A DNA stretch of 64,000 bases from Hypanus sabinus (Eukaryota): contig NC_082709.1 in the NCBI RefSeq assembly GCF_030144855.1, forward strand, positions 108,810,001-108,874,000, in the 5' to 3' direction. The notes beneath the pieces are model-generated. The model was not told the DNA's origin and made no database searches. It saw nothing but the letters and a program-made list of their open reading frames with translations. Below are positions 23,182-34,799 of this stretch, piece after piece. The translations under genes were made by a program, and so were the position numbers. Every line of letters starts with the position of its first letter. The stretch's first letter is position 1.

Positions 23182-24598
23182 TCGGGAAGTAGTGCATGCC
23201 TGGACTGTCTGTTCTGCACTCCAGCTGATAGAAGCTTAGCCTCTCTCACCTTTTCTCATGTGGTGAACTGCCCCTTTCAGGTAACATTTGAACTTCTAAT
23301 GCATTAATCTCTTTCCTTAAACATGGAGTCTAATACTGAACAAAGTACTCCAGATGTGATCTCACCAGTGCCCTGTTTAACAATAGCCTGTGTTACATGA
23401 TGTGAGTGGTGAAAAGTCAGTTGTGAGTGAGTAATTCAAGGCGTATTCTGCTGTCGGCATCATCACCCCACAATGGCATTACGTTGTCGTAACCAGATTC
23501 AGGTGATTCCTGGGAGCTGGGTGGCAGTGAGAACTGGGACTGGGTCCTGAGAGAGAGGAAGAGTGAGGTCTGGGGGAAAGAACACAACACCTGAGGAAGG
23601 GAGGGAGAGTGGGGGAGTGTACAAGAGAACGATCTGTGAGGAAGAGGAAGAAATGGTGAGGGCGGTGGATCAAAGAGAGTGAGAGCTAGGGTAGAGAGGG
23701 AGAGAGACACTGCAAATTGCGGGTGGAGAGACGGTCAGAGCTGTGACAAAGAGGGACAACTCCATTAATGACCGCTTACATTATCTTCATCTGGAAAGAT
23801 TTGAGGTTTCTACAAAGAACATCAGCCAGCTTGGAATCCACAAAATCAGATCAGTAGTAGTTCATTCCTGACCGAGGGGCTGGCTAAGAAATACTTGTTG
23901 CTACAGCATCACCGATGTGGTGACGTGTGCCGTCGCTGTGCACAGTATCCGTTCTGTAGCGATGCAGAGTACCAGATGATGGTGCTGTGTACAGTGCACT
24001 GCTGAGAAATGATGATTGCATTTGAATGTGGCTGTGTGATACTCACTTCACCAGCAGCTGCATGCTGTGGCCAGGTCAAGTAGCAATTGTATTATGCTGT
24101 TGCAGCGTACAGTGATAGCTTTGATAAGTTACAGCAATACGATTGATGTGATAAGGTTGTGTCCTGACGTGTACGCTGTGGTTTGTGTCGTAATGTCGAT
24201 GCGTGGATCGTCAGTTTAGTGGTGATGCTGGTGCTGCGTACACCATCAATTTGGTGGTCGTGTTTCCTGATGGAATCGTTTTTATGTTGCTTATAGTATC
24301 GTTTGTTTAGTGGTGTTACTTCCTGCACAAGTTGTGTGGCAGGCAGCTCTCGTTGAGTGCTGGTGATGCTTTGTTCAGTAACAGTTGTATTGTGACGTTG
24401 CTGTGTTCAATCTTGGTTGCATGGTGAATTTGCTGAACGTAGCTCCGTTTCTGCAGTGTCACTGTCTACCTAGCAGTGATGTATGATGTTACTGCATCAC
24501 GGTGTCATTAATAAGATTATGTTTATTTGGTATTGATATATGTTTATTGATTATGTTTATTTGTCTGGTATTGATACTGATGTTGTCTTTTCCCCAAG

Positions 24599-24700
24599 GT
24601 GTAAGCAGCCTGCTGCTTCCCAATCTGAAGATAACAGCGATGGGTTCTTCGGTCCTGCTCTTCCGCCTGGATTTCCAAAACGAGCTCAGTCACCTGACCG
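24599..24700 (+). CDS. GPALPP1: GPALPP1 exon 3: CKQPAASQSEDNSDGFFGPALPPGFPKRAQSPD(R)
   Basis: aag acceptor, CG|GTAAG donor, 102 nt, phase 2/2; DGFFGPALPPGF motif. Confidence 0.95.
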
Positions 24701-25090
24701 GTAAGAAGAGATTTCAGTAATGGTGGTGTTATTACGTTGCACTGCTTTACCCAGTGGTTTCAGTCCTTCTGTCACCAACATCTAAAATGGCAAATAATCC
24801 ATTTCCACTGGGTTGTGGACATCAGTGACAGATCACCATTTAATATCACTCGGGGTGAGGTGGATCATCTTGCTGAAGCATTTGAGAGTCTGGTTGAACA
24901 CTTTGGCTGAATGACAAATCCTCCTGTGGTCATCAGTGTGGTGGTTCCCAGTTCAGGGTCAAAGCTTTGTGACTCTGCTCACTTACTGCCATTTTCACAG
25001 TCTTAGGATGTTTTAAAACACTTACAACCCAGGCGCAACAGAAGAATGATCTAGTGCTTTCCTGACATATATGACGATTGAAATCTTCTT

Positions 25091-25760
25091 GGGCTGATGA
25101 AGATGGTGAGTTTGTCATCGAAGCATCCGTTAAAGTCAATACCTGTACCCAGCTAGAAGCCGGAAAAGAGTTTATTTGGTTACACAAGAGATTCTACAGA
25201 TGCTGGAAATATAGAGCTACACACACAATGTGCTTGAGGAACTCAGGTCAGGCAGCATCTGTGGAAATGAATAAAACAGATGACGTTTTGAGCCAAGATA
25301 CTTCATCGGGGCTGGAAAGGAAGAGAGAAGATACCAGAATAAAAAGGGGAGGGAGGATATCTAGAAGGTGATTGGTGAAGCCAGGTGTCTGGGAAAGGTA
25401 AAGGGCTGGAGAGGAAGGAATTTGATAGGAAACAAGAGTGGAGCAGAGGGAGGAAGGGAAAAAGGAATGGCACCAGGGGGTGAAGGGCAGGTGAGGAGAA
25501 GAGGTAAGAGGCCAGACTGAGGAATAGAAAAGGGGGAAAGGGGAGAGGCAAAGGAAAAAGAAAAACAATACCAGGAGGAGAAATTGAGGTTCGTGTCATC
25601 AGGTTGGGGCCTACATAGACAGGATATGAGCTTTTGTTTCTCCACCCTGAGAGTGACGTCATCTTGGCAGAAGAGGCCATGACATGTCAGAATGGGGATG
25701 GAGAAAGGAATTAAAATGGTCGGCCACTGGGAATTTGATACACTGCAGAGTCTAATGGCT
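25091..25760. mobile_element. Two adjacent PLE 3'-end fragments (25091-25178 plus, Penelope family; 25181-25760 minus, hairpin family)
   Basis: 25091-25178 matches 43975-44055; 25181 onward matches the arms of the 34981-35197 element. Confidence 0.7.
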
Positions 25761-25769
25761 GAGGGTAAG

Positions 25770-26965
25770 AATGACCTCATATAGGTATTTGGATAGATAG
25801 GGGCTGATTAGCTATACTCAACATGGTTTTGTGTGTGATTGGCTGCTTCTACCCAATCTTACAGAATATTTCAAGGAGGTTGCCAGGAAAGTTGATGAAA
25901 GAAAGTGGATGTCGTCTACATGGACTTTAGCATGGCCTTTTGACAAAGTCATGTATGGGAGTCTGGTCCAGACAGCTCAGTTGCTTGGCATTCACAAAAA
26001 GGTAGTGACTTGGATTTAACAGTGCTGAGAGGGAGAAGCCGATGGTTGGCTCACTGACTGGAGGTCTTTGACTAGTGGTATGCCACAGGGACTGGTGCCG
26101 GGTTTGTTGTCATCTACGTTGAAGAATTGAATGATAATGTGGTATACTGGATCAGCAAATTTGTGGTTGACACCAAAATTGGAGCAGAGTGGTGAAAGAG
26201 GAAGGCTGGATCAGATGAAAAAATGGGCTGAAAAGTGGCAGATGGAATTTAATGCAGACAAATGTGAGGTGTTAGGGCACTGAGGAATGCAGTGGAACAA
26301 AGGAATTTGGGAATAATGGTCCATAATTCTTTGACAGTGGTGTCACATGTAGCTAGGGTTGCAAAGAGAGCCTTGGTATGGTGACTTTCATAAATAAGAG
26401 TGCTGAGTACAGGAGTTGAATGTTATATTAAAGTTGTATAAGAGCAAATTTGGGGAATCGTGTAGTTCGGGTCACCTACCTACAGGACTGTTTTCTCTGT
26501 AATCAATAAGAATAAAGCAGTACAGGGAAAATTTACGAGGATGTTGCTCGGTCTTAAGGACCTGAGTTATGGGGAAAGGTTACATAAGTTAGGATTTTAG
26601 TCTCTGCAGCGTAGGAGAACAAGGGGAGATTTGATATAAGTATGCATAGTTATGACGGGTGTAAATAGGGTGAGTACAAACAGACTTTCTACTGAGGGTG
26701 AGTGAGCCTAGAACCAGAGGTCACAGATTAAGGATAAAAGGTGAAGTTTTCAAGGAGAATCTGAGGGGGAACTCTCGCTCAGAGAGTGGTGTAAGTGCAG
26801 AAGTGGTGGGTGTGCGTTTGATTACAACATTTAAGAGACATTTGGATACATGGATGTGAGGGGTATGGAGGGCCATGTTCCCAGCGAGTTGATGGGTCTA
26901 GGAGAATAACGGGTCACCGTGGACCAGATGGGATGAAGGGCTTGTTTGTTCTGTGTCGTATTGCT
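25770..26965 (+). mobile_element. Decayed CR1 LINE 3' portion
   Basis: Remnants QHGF, NLTEYF, AFDKV-like, WAEKWQMEFNADKCEV, RTRGH. Confidence 0.85.
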
Positions 26966-27463
26966 CCATAACTACAAATACTGTGAAGTGATACTTTGCA
27001 ACAGCCATATCTGAGCTTAGTTTAACTCTTACCATAAATCCAGAACCATGGCTGTCCAGAACTCCTGTGAGTGGTTTGTACGTGCACAATCATTGTATGT
27101 GGGAGTATTTCTCTGACAGCAAACTAAATAATCTAAACTTGGTAATAATAAAAATCTTCTAGTATTGTAAGATGTGATTCTCATTATAATGATACCTTTA
27201 ATTAGAATACATTAGCACTTGAGTGAGCATCTGTTCTCCATGGGGTTTGCTTAGGGCCTTGGACATAGGTAAAAGTTACCATTTCTGCATACCAAGCTTG
27301 AAAGTGAACCACTTGCATCCCTGTTCCGATGTCGATATGTTAAATTCTAAACCTGGAGGCAAAGTGGTTTTGCAGTGGCAGATTTACTGACCTGATGTAG
27401 GAGATCGATAGTGAAATGGGACTTTGACCTCATTGTGTTTGATTTGTTTCTCCTTATTTTCAG

Positions 27464-27551
27464 TCCTTTAATAGGCCCTGCACTACCACCTGGCTTCAGC
27501 AAGTCGGACAAAGAAACAGAGCTAGCTGTACCTTCGACTTTGAATATGCTG
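27464..27551 (+). CDS. GPALPP1: GPALPP1 exon 4: PLIGPALPPGFSKSDKETELAVPSTLNML
   Basis: ttttcag acceptor, CTG|GTAAGT donor, 88 nt, phase 2/0. Confidence 0.95.
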
Positions 27552-27835
27552 GTAAGTAACAAAGCCCAGCCCTCAGAACATTGAACATTGCGATGTTAAG
27601 CGCATCTGATCTCACATCAAATCACATCACATCAAAAATGATCTATTGCTTTACATTATTTTGCTGACTGAGCAGGGTAAATACAGATTATTATTCCTTC
27701 TTGAATTTACTTTGAACTGTTGTTTCCCAGTATACTTACAGCAGATTAATAAAACAGAGCAAGGAGCAAGAGCAGGTACTATTCTCTGATTCTTTCCCAT
27801 TGGTTAAAGTGGATACTGACTCATATCAAATGAAC

Positions 27836-28125
27836 CTAGTTTCAGGGTTGTGGGGTAGGGGGGCCTTTGCTTGATCTTGAACGGTGTTTACAATAGGCTT
27901 GAGATATAGATCAAGGATTTGTTTCAGGGTTAGGGGGGTCCTTATTTGCAAAAGGCTTGAGATGTAAATCATGGATTCGTTTCAGGGTTGAGGTTGAGCC
28001 TTTGCTTGTTATGGAGCAGTTTTTACAAGATGCTTGAGATGTAGGTCCAAGATTAGTTTCAGGGCTGGGGGGAAGCCTTTGCTTGTTATGGGGCAGTATT
28101 TACAAGAGGCTTGAGATATAGGTTG
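27836..28125 (+). repeat. Degenerate tandem repeat, 4 copies of about 58-83 bp (GTTTCAGGGTT...GCCTTTGCTTG...GGCTTGAGATATAG)
   Basis: Units start at about 27838, 27921, 27978 and 28055. Confidence 0.85.
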
Positions 28126-28624
28126 AGGTACAGTGGGTAAATGAGACTTTAAGGATAGAGACCTGAAAAACCAGGAAAGGATATAAATTAAAATCCCAGT
28201 TCCCTTTTGTATTGTGCTATCAAACTGTCATATTCTGGTACTTAATAAAATTGTCATTATATCACAACATGAATTATTATTTTTCCTAGCAATTTGGCCA
28301 TCTGGCATCCTCAGCAATGTATGTGTACTTGCCATTTCTACTGTAACCTCCAGCCTCCAGGCCAGTGGGCCAAGATCTGGGAAATGGGATTAATCTAGTT
28401 TTGGCTGGCTAGGCCCTGAGGCTTTCTATTTCATAAATTTCTGTGAATTCCACAGTGAGGTCTTGGGGCGGGTTGATGCTGAGAAGATGAGACAGTGGGG
28501 TAGTCCACAATTTTAGGATTAATGGATTTAAAGCAAAAGAAATAGAAACATGAATAGGGTTTCAGCCTTCTTGTGCCTACTGGTCATTCAATATGAATAT
28601 GCTTAATTTTTAAATCTGAGCACT

Positions 28625-28945
28625 CCAAGAGGACCACAACCTTGTTGTGGTTTGCAGGCTTGCGTGCCTCAATGACCCAGAGAGCTATCTTGTCTGGAGT
28701 CAGGGCCTTGTGCTTTGGCTTTTAGTAGGATCACCCCTGCCAAACAAGCTGAAGGGTGGAAGCCAGACTAAGAGTGGTCCACCGGTCCTCCAGGTTCAAG
28801 GGTTCAGCTCAGGGCTAACAACCCAGACTGCTCAAAGGAGTTGTGACAGAAACAGCATTGAAGAGTTCTTCTGTACAGACAGAGAAGGAGGATCTTTATT
28901 GCTGCCCTAGACACCAGCAGTGTACCAGGCAGTAAGTGAGTAAGT
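28625..28945 (+). mobile_element. Short non-autonomous retroelement (RTE-related by resemblance) with GTAA-repeat tail
   Basis: Matches 6235-6530 in reverse; tail GTAAGTGAGTAAGT. Confidence 0.55.
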
Positions 28946-28959
28946 TAAATCTGAGTCAC

Positions 28960-29720
28960 TAACATCATATCTTTTGATTCTCATAATACCTAAGCAACAA
29001 GCCTTCACAGGCCTTTTTGAATTGAGAATTCCAAGGACTCACTGCCCTGTGTGTGATGTTATTTTTTCTCACTTTTGTCCTGAAAGACCAGTCCCTTATT
29101 TTGATATTGTGAGCCCTGGCTTTAGATACCCTAGCCAGGGGAAATATCATCCCTGTGTTTACCTTGTCCAGGGCAGTAAAAATGTTGCACCCTTTAATTA
29201 GATCACCTCTCGTTCTTCTCAATCCAAGTAAGTACAGGCCCAGTTTTCTTCATGTAACAAACTTCCTTGTTCCACAAGTTAATTGATTAAACCTCTGTCA
29301 CTCTCTATCACAAGTAAAGGTAGGGAGACCGGACCTATAAAATAAAATATTCCAGATATGGTATCAACCAGTACCTTAAATAATTGGAGCAAGACATCCT
29401 TGCTTTTGTAGTCAAATTCTCTTGTAATTAAGATGAACATTTTCTTCACTTTCCACATGTTAACTTAAGGTGATTCAATTAAAAAGACACCCAGGTCTCT
29501 CTGAACATCAGCAACAACCCATTTTAATTAAAATCTGTACTTTTAATGTTCTCTATCTTGCACTCTTCTCAATGTTTCCAGATATTCATGTAAACTGTGT
29601 TCATCCCTGTCTGCATTTAGCTCACACCATCATCCAGCTTTGTATCATTCAACAAACTTCAATATATTACACTGAACCTCCTCATCGAAATCATTGATAA
29701 TTGATTGTGAAGAGCTTGGA
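28960..29720 (-). mobile_element. Old CR1 LINE 3' fragment
   Basis: RRTRGDLIK..RAHNIK..RKNNITHRAVSPWNS remnant. Confidence 0.75.
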
Positions 29721-30376
29721 CATAAAAACCAGCACCACAAAACAACTGAAGTGTAAAATAGGAAAACAATGTACGGGAAAACACTGAACCTCTGTCATTT
29801 CAATATTAATAAAATGAAATTTTCCCCCTCCCCTTCCCATGTAATTGTCATTAAGCTCAAAGAAAATACTCTTTATTCCTGTATGACTCTTTGGACTGTT
29901 TTCAGATAGAGAAAACAGCTATCATTTTTCTGCTGCAAGCAATAGTGTTGGAATGAATGAGGTGATTTAGGGGAATCTTTGAGAGGAACTTGCATGTCCT
30001 GTACACCTCAGACAGACAGATGGTGAGTTATATTTAGTATTTCAACTGTAAGATTGCATTTTGAGCAGGCCAGTTCTCCATTAGTACTGCACTGAAATGA
30101 ACCAGCATAATTCTGACTTGGTTGTGATGGAGCTGTAGGTAACCATCCCAATCACTCTGCAATAGGACTGTTAACTGATGGTTAGAATTATTCAAAAACT
30201 GTTTCCACTTACAAAATATAGAAGTGCCTGATTGTATAAAGCATGGTTAAATATACTTCTGACATTACTGCTACTGTTGAGAACTTTTGTTTAACAGACT
30301 ACAAGCTTTCTAAGTTCCATGCCCTCAGATCTCGTGTCTTGGCAATTGTGCCTCTCAACTCTTTTGTGCTTTACAG

Positions 30377-30511
30377 CCTCCCGAGGAAGGCAGTGATGAG
30401 GAGACCCTGATTGGGCCAATGCCCTCAATGGGGACAGATGAAAGCAGTGTAACTGCAGATATTGAGCGGAGGTCAAACAGAATGAAGGAAAAGCTGGTAT
30501 CTGGGAACAAG
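30377..30511 (+). CDS. GPALPP1: GPALPP1 exon 5: PPEEGSDEETLIGPMPSMGTDESSVTADIERRSNRMKEKLVSGNK
   Basis: tttacag acceptor, AAG|GTAAT donor, 135 nt, phase 0/0; IGPMP and RMKEKL motifs. Confidence 0.95.
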
Positions 30512-32515
30512 GTAATAACTCTTTCTACAGTTATGTATATGGCTAGTGAAGTTTGCCACCTATGATAGAAGCATGGTCTCCAGCACCTTCCCTGCCTTAG
30601 GATCTTTGGAATTCTGCAGATGTTGAACCAGACTTGCTAAACTAGATATATATCTAATTAAATCCTGACACAGTGCAATTCGTTTCAGGTGGAACATCTT
30701 TACACGTTTCCTGGATTGTGGAAAATGTATTATATCCAATTTTAGCTTGCTTCCTGGGAATCATTTGTGTTCATTCAATGTCATATCCTCATATATATTT
30801 TACTGTAATATGGAAGGCTATTCATCCATCGAGTCTATGCTGGCTTTTCAAAGCGTTCTCATTAGTCCTCTCCCACTCATTCATTTCACTGAAACCTTGT
30901 GTCTTGCACATGCTTGTCAACACCCCGATTGTCCTGCCACCCACTGAGAGAGGGGGTAATTTTACAGCAGCCGATTAACCCACCCACCGGGATGTAGGAG
31001 AAAACCAGAGCACCCAGGGGAAACCCAGGCAGTCACAGGGAGTGATGAGTGTTGCACAAAGCAAGAGCTTCAGAGAAGTAGCGTGATTAAACTTTGTACA
31101 GAGTCATGCAAGTAACAGTATAAACTGTGCACCTTACAGCGTGGGAGCTATGAATCAGGCCCGCCAAGATGAAAGGTATGCGTCTTCAAAAGCCTGAGCC
31201 CACCAGCAGGAGGCCCAGTCAACTCACCATGCGATCTATCTGTGACATGCACACATGCCACGTTATAACACTCTCTCTTGCACTTCCTCACTCTCTACTC
31301 TGCATTAGTCTGCCCCCGGGTCAGGTCTGTCTGTGGCTCCAGCTGAAAGCAAGAGTACTCCTGCCCCTTCTTGCATGCTTAAGACCCTTATCGTGGTACT
31401 TGTCCATGGTACCATGTGCTACCGGCTTTCCTCTGTGCCCTTTTGGCCTAGACACAATTTAAAAACAGAGATAGCATGTTTTGGAGCAAAATACGTTTCC
31501 ACTGTTATCGGGCAGCCAATTTGTCCTTTCGATTTGTCAATTTCTTAAGCAAGCTGTGGAAGTAGCTGCAAGACAAGATGGTGTACCAACAGAAACAATG
31601 GACCAGCAGATATTGTGCAGAACACAGCTACCAAGTTCAAATTTTTGTTTATGCTTGGGTCCCGAAGTCACCAGGCATACCAAGACAAGGATGCAAGTAC
31701 AGGATTGCAAGGCACACAAGCTATTTCACTAATTCTCAAATATTATAGGTCTTTAACATGTAGATTTTATTGATTATTAACAGCTGATATATTATGATTG
31801 GTATTTAAATATGCAAATAAAGAGATTTAGAAGTGCTCGAAGTTTCTATTGGATCAACCGCAGTATAAAAACAGGCAATTTGGAACAGTTCAGAGTTGAG
31901 CTGACTGCTCTCCTTGTAAACACGTAAATAAAGTGGGATTGATGAATGAGTACGAGTTGTCAGACCAGTTAATCATCAGTGACAGTTTGCTGGAAGTTTC
32001 ACCCTTGGCTTCGGTAAGCAGGAGAATAGAGTTGTATCCTGGCAATTGATGAGTCCTGAATTCTCGACAGCTCATTTTGAGCAAAGGATTGGGACTGTAG
32101 ATAGAACGCAAATTTCCTCCTGTATGGAGTGGTGAAGGTACACCATCACATTAGTTGCTGACAAGAGGAGGCAGCGCCAATGGGGAGGGTTGAAGGCAAT
32201 CTACAACACAAGAGGACGTGGCAATGGGGGGGGGGGGTGTTGAAGGACAATGGTCCGAGGAGAATCTCAGTGGTCAAGGAGGGGGAGGGAAGGAAACCAC
32301 CACAATGCATACAGACTGACCGACATCCAGCCAGAATGAACAGATACAGCACTTCATTTAAAACTGTACTCTTCTATCTGTACATACTAAGGAGGAATCA
32401 AATATCACTCAAGAAAATTTAATTCTCACCTCAAGTATTTTCTGATTTTTTTTCATGGAAGATACAATACTGTACGTATTTTTGGGATGATGATCTCTTT
32501 GTCATTCAACTGCAG

Positions 32516-32680
32516 GATGAGACTTCTAAGCAGGCTAGGGAGTCTTGGATGACTGAGCTGCCACCAGTGTTACAACATATAGGCCTGGGTGCAAGAACAT
32601 TTAAGAGGAGTGCAAATGGAGAATCGTCTGACCGCTCCATCTGGACGGATACTCCGGCTGACAGAGAAAGGAAAGCTCAG
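32516..32680 (+). CDS. GPALPP1: GPALPP1 exon 6: DETSKQARESWMTELPPVLQHIGLGARTFKRSANGESSDRSIWTDTPADRERKAQ
   Basis: tgcag acceptor, CAG|GTATGT donor, 165 nt; RESWMTELPP and DRSIWTDTPADRERKA motifs. Confidence 0.97.
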
Positions 32681-32730
32681 GTATGTCTGGAGTGTTTCTA
32701 ATTGCTGACAAATGGGCTGACAGCCACTTC

Positions 32731-33563
32731 GGCTACATCCACACTAAAACGGCGTTTTCGTCCCCCGAAACCAGAGTTTTCCAGAAACGCTTTCCAGGGT
32801 GTGTATTTTTGAAAACGCTGCTCGGGCAGATCAGTGTGGACTGGGTAACCGGAGAAATCTGAAAATGCTGTCAGAGGGCAGCGCGCTATTTCATTGTTTT
32901 CTTGAAAGCAACCTAACAATTTCAGAACAGACGGCAACGAGACTGACGCCAAAAGAGTTAGAAATGTACTCACCAAATACTTTGACCCATAACTTACTGA
33001 ATAAATAAGTATACTCACTTTGCCCTGTTTTCTGCCCTTGCTCGTACGAAGGTGGTTTACCTATTTATGCAAGTACTCTCTGACAACAGATGTTTAACAG
33101 CCTAATGTAACATTGTATGGAAATACAAGATAACACTGATGCAGACATGTTTTATACATTTAACAAGGTGCTTTATTAATGCAACAGAGTTAGTCAGTTT
33201 TTCAGTGTTCGTCGTTAGCTGGGTCAATCTGTCCATGAACTTGTCGGTTACCTCCGTATGCTCCAGTATTTGTGGGTTTTTTTGCTTTTAAGTTCTCCTG
33301 CGTGAGAGCCAACAGCTGTCCGTCGTTTTAAGTTTTTCTAGTCTGTAACTACACAAATGCGCACTTTCACACCGAGATTCGACACCAAACAGGTCGCTTG
33401 TTTTCAGTAGATGTGTCCTGCGTATGCGCAGTAGGAGGAGATTCGCCAAAATCTCTGCTTCAATGTAGACAGAGATACTTTTAAAAACGCATAGTGTGGA
33501 CGCCTATGGTTTTTATGTAAAACCGGCGTTTTCAAAGTTATCTGGTCTAGTGTGGATGTAGCC
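32731..33563. mobile_element. Non-autonomous PIF/Harbinger-type DNA transposon
   Basis: Perfect 16-bp TIR GGCTACATCCACACTA / TAGTGTGGATGTAGCC; 3-bp flanks TTC / TTA. Confidence 0.85.
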
Positions 33564-34514
33564 TTAGGGGGGGGGTCACACAATGTAACTAGAAAAACAT
33601 GACTGTCAAGGAATTAAAAAGCGTTCAGATGAAGCAGCTTTCAACAGCAACTTTTAAAACATAAGAATTCAAAAATACTGTGGAGAAAGAGTAAGTGAGT
33701 GGGAATTATTGGATTGTTTTACTCGAAGTATTAGCATGGTATAATTGTCTGAAGTGAATGCTGCAGTGCTGTATCATTTTATAACTCTGTGAATCCCTTG
33801 ACCATTTAAACTATAAAACAGTATTTTTGGAGAACAGTAGTTCTCCACATTCAATGAGAGCAAGATTATTATGCTACATAGTGAATAATGGGACTTTAAC
33901 AACATTGTTCCAATTTGGATCTTGAATCTCCCCTGTCTTCTCCATTTACAGATGCTGATAGATTTAGTCAAGTTTAAGACCATTTCTTGTGTGGTGACAT
34001 GTGGTAATTCTCCAGGAGAGCATCTGGTTTGTTGACTGAAAGGATCCAGAGCGTGTCATGTCAGACTGGCATACAGCATCTCAGAAACACTGCTGGGCTC
34101 ATACAGCAACTCGTTCTCTCAGTACAGAGGGATGAGTGGCCCTGAACTGAATAGGACTTGCAGCCAATAGTCTAATTACTCTGCAGAATCTCTTCATACT
34201 TGGAAAACAAACCTAGCAAGACAAACCACACCAATATTTCCCAATCAAAGCAGGATTATTTTTCCAGCAAAGTACATTAAAAGAGGTATAAGTGTAAATT
34301 GCATGCATAAGATCATTAGCAATATCCTACATCACACAGGTAATTGGTAAGAAAAGTTCCCTATATTCTCCATTCTGGCTGACATTTGTGTTACTATTTC
34401 AAGGTATCTTCCCAGAATACAATTCTGACTTGGTAGTGATTTCTTGGAGTCTGTTTGCATTGCTTCTTCTGAGGAACTTCTGCCTTGTTAACTATGCTTT
34501 CTTTCATTTCACAG

Positions 34515-34613
34515 GAAATGTTAGAAGGAAAAGTGTCCTCTGGGAAAGATCCTGAACAGGCCTGTGTCTCTGAAAGGGATAAACGACTGAACATGGAGGT
34601 GGCATTATATAAT
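34515..34613 (+). CDS. GPALPP1: GPALPP1 exon 7: EMLEGKVSSGKDPEQACVSERDKRLNMEVALYN
   Basis: ttcacag acceptor, AAT|GTGAG donor, 99 nt; S.RDKRL...V..YN motif. Confidence 0.93.
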
Positions 34614-34799
34614 GTGAGCAACTTCCTTTAAATCCCCAAACAAAGCAAGAATACCAGTGGCATCCTCTTCTCAACTATGACTCTCACACAACTATTTACT
34701 TCTGCACAAAACTACTTCTGATAATAGATGTGCTAACAACATTCTGCATTACAAGACAAGTGTTAGGAAAAACTCTTACGGCTAAAGGTAAACAAGTCA

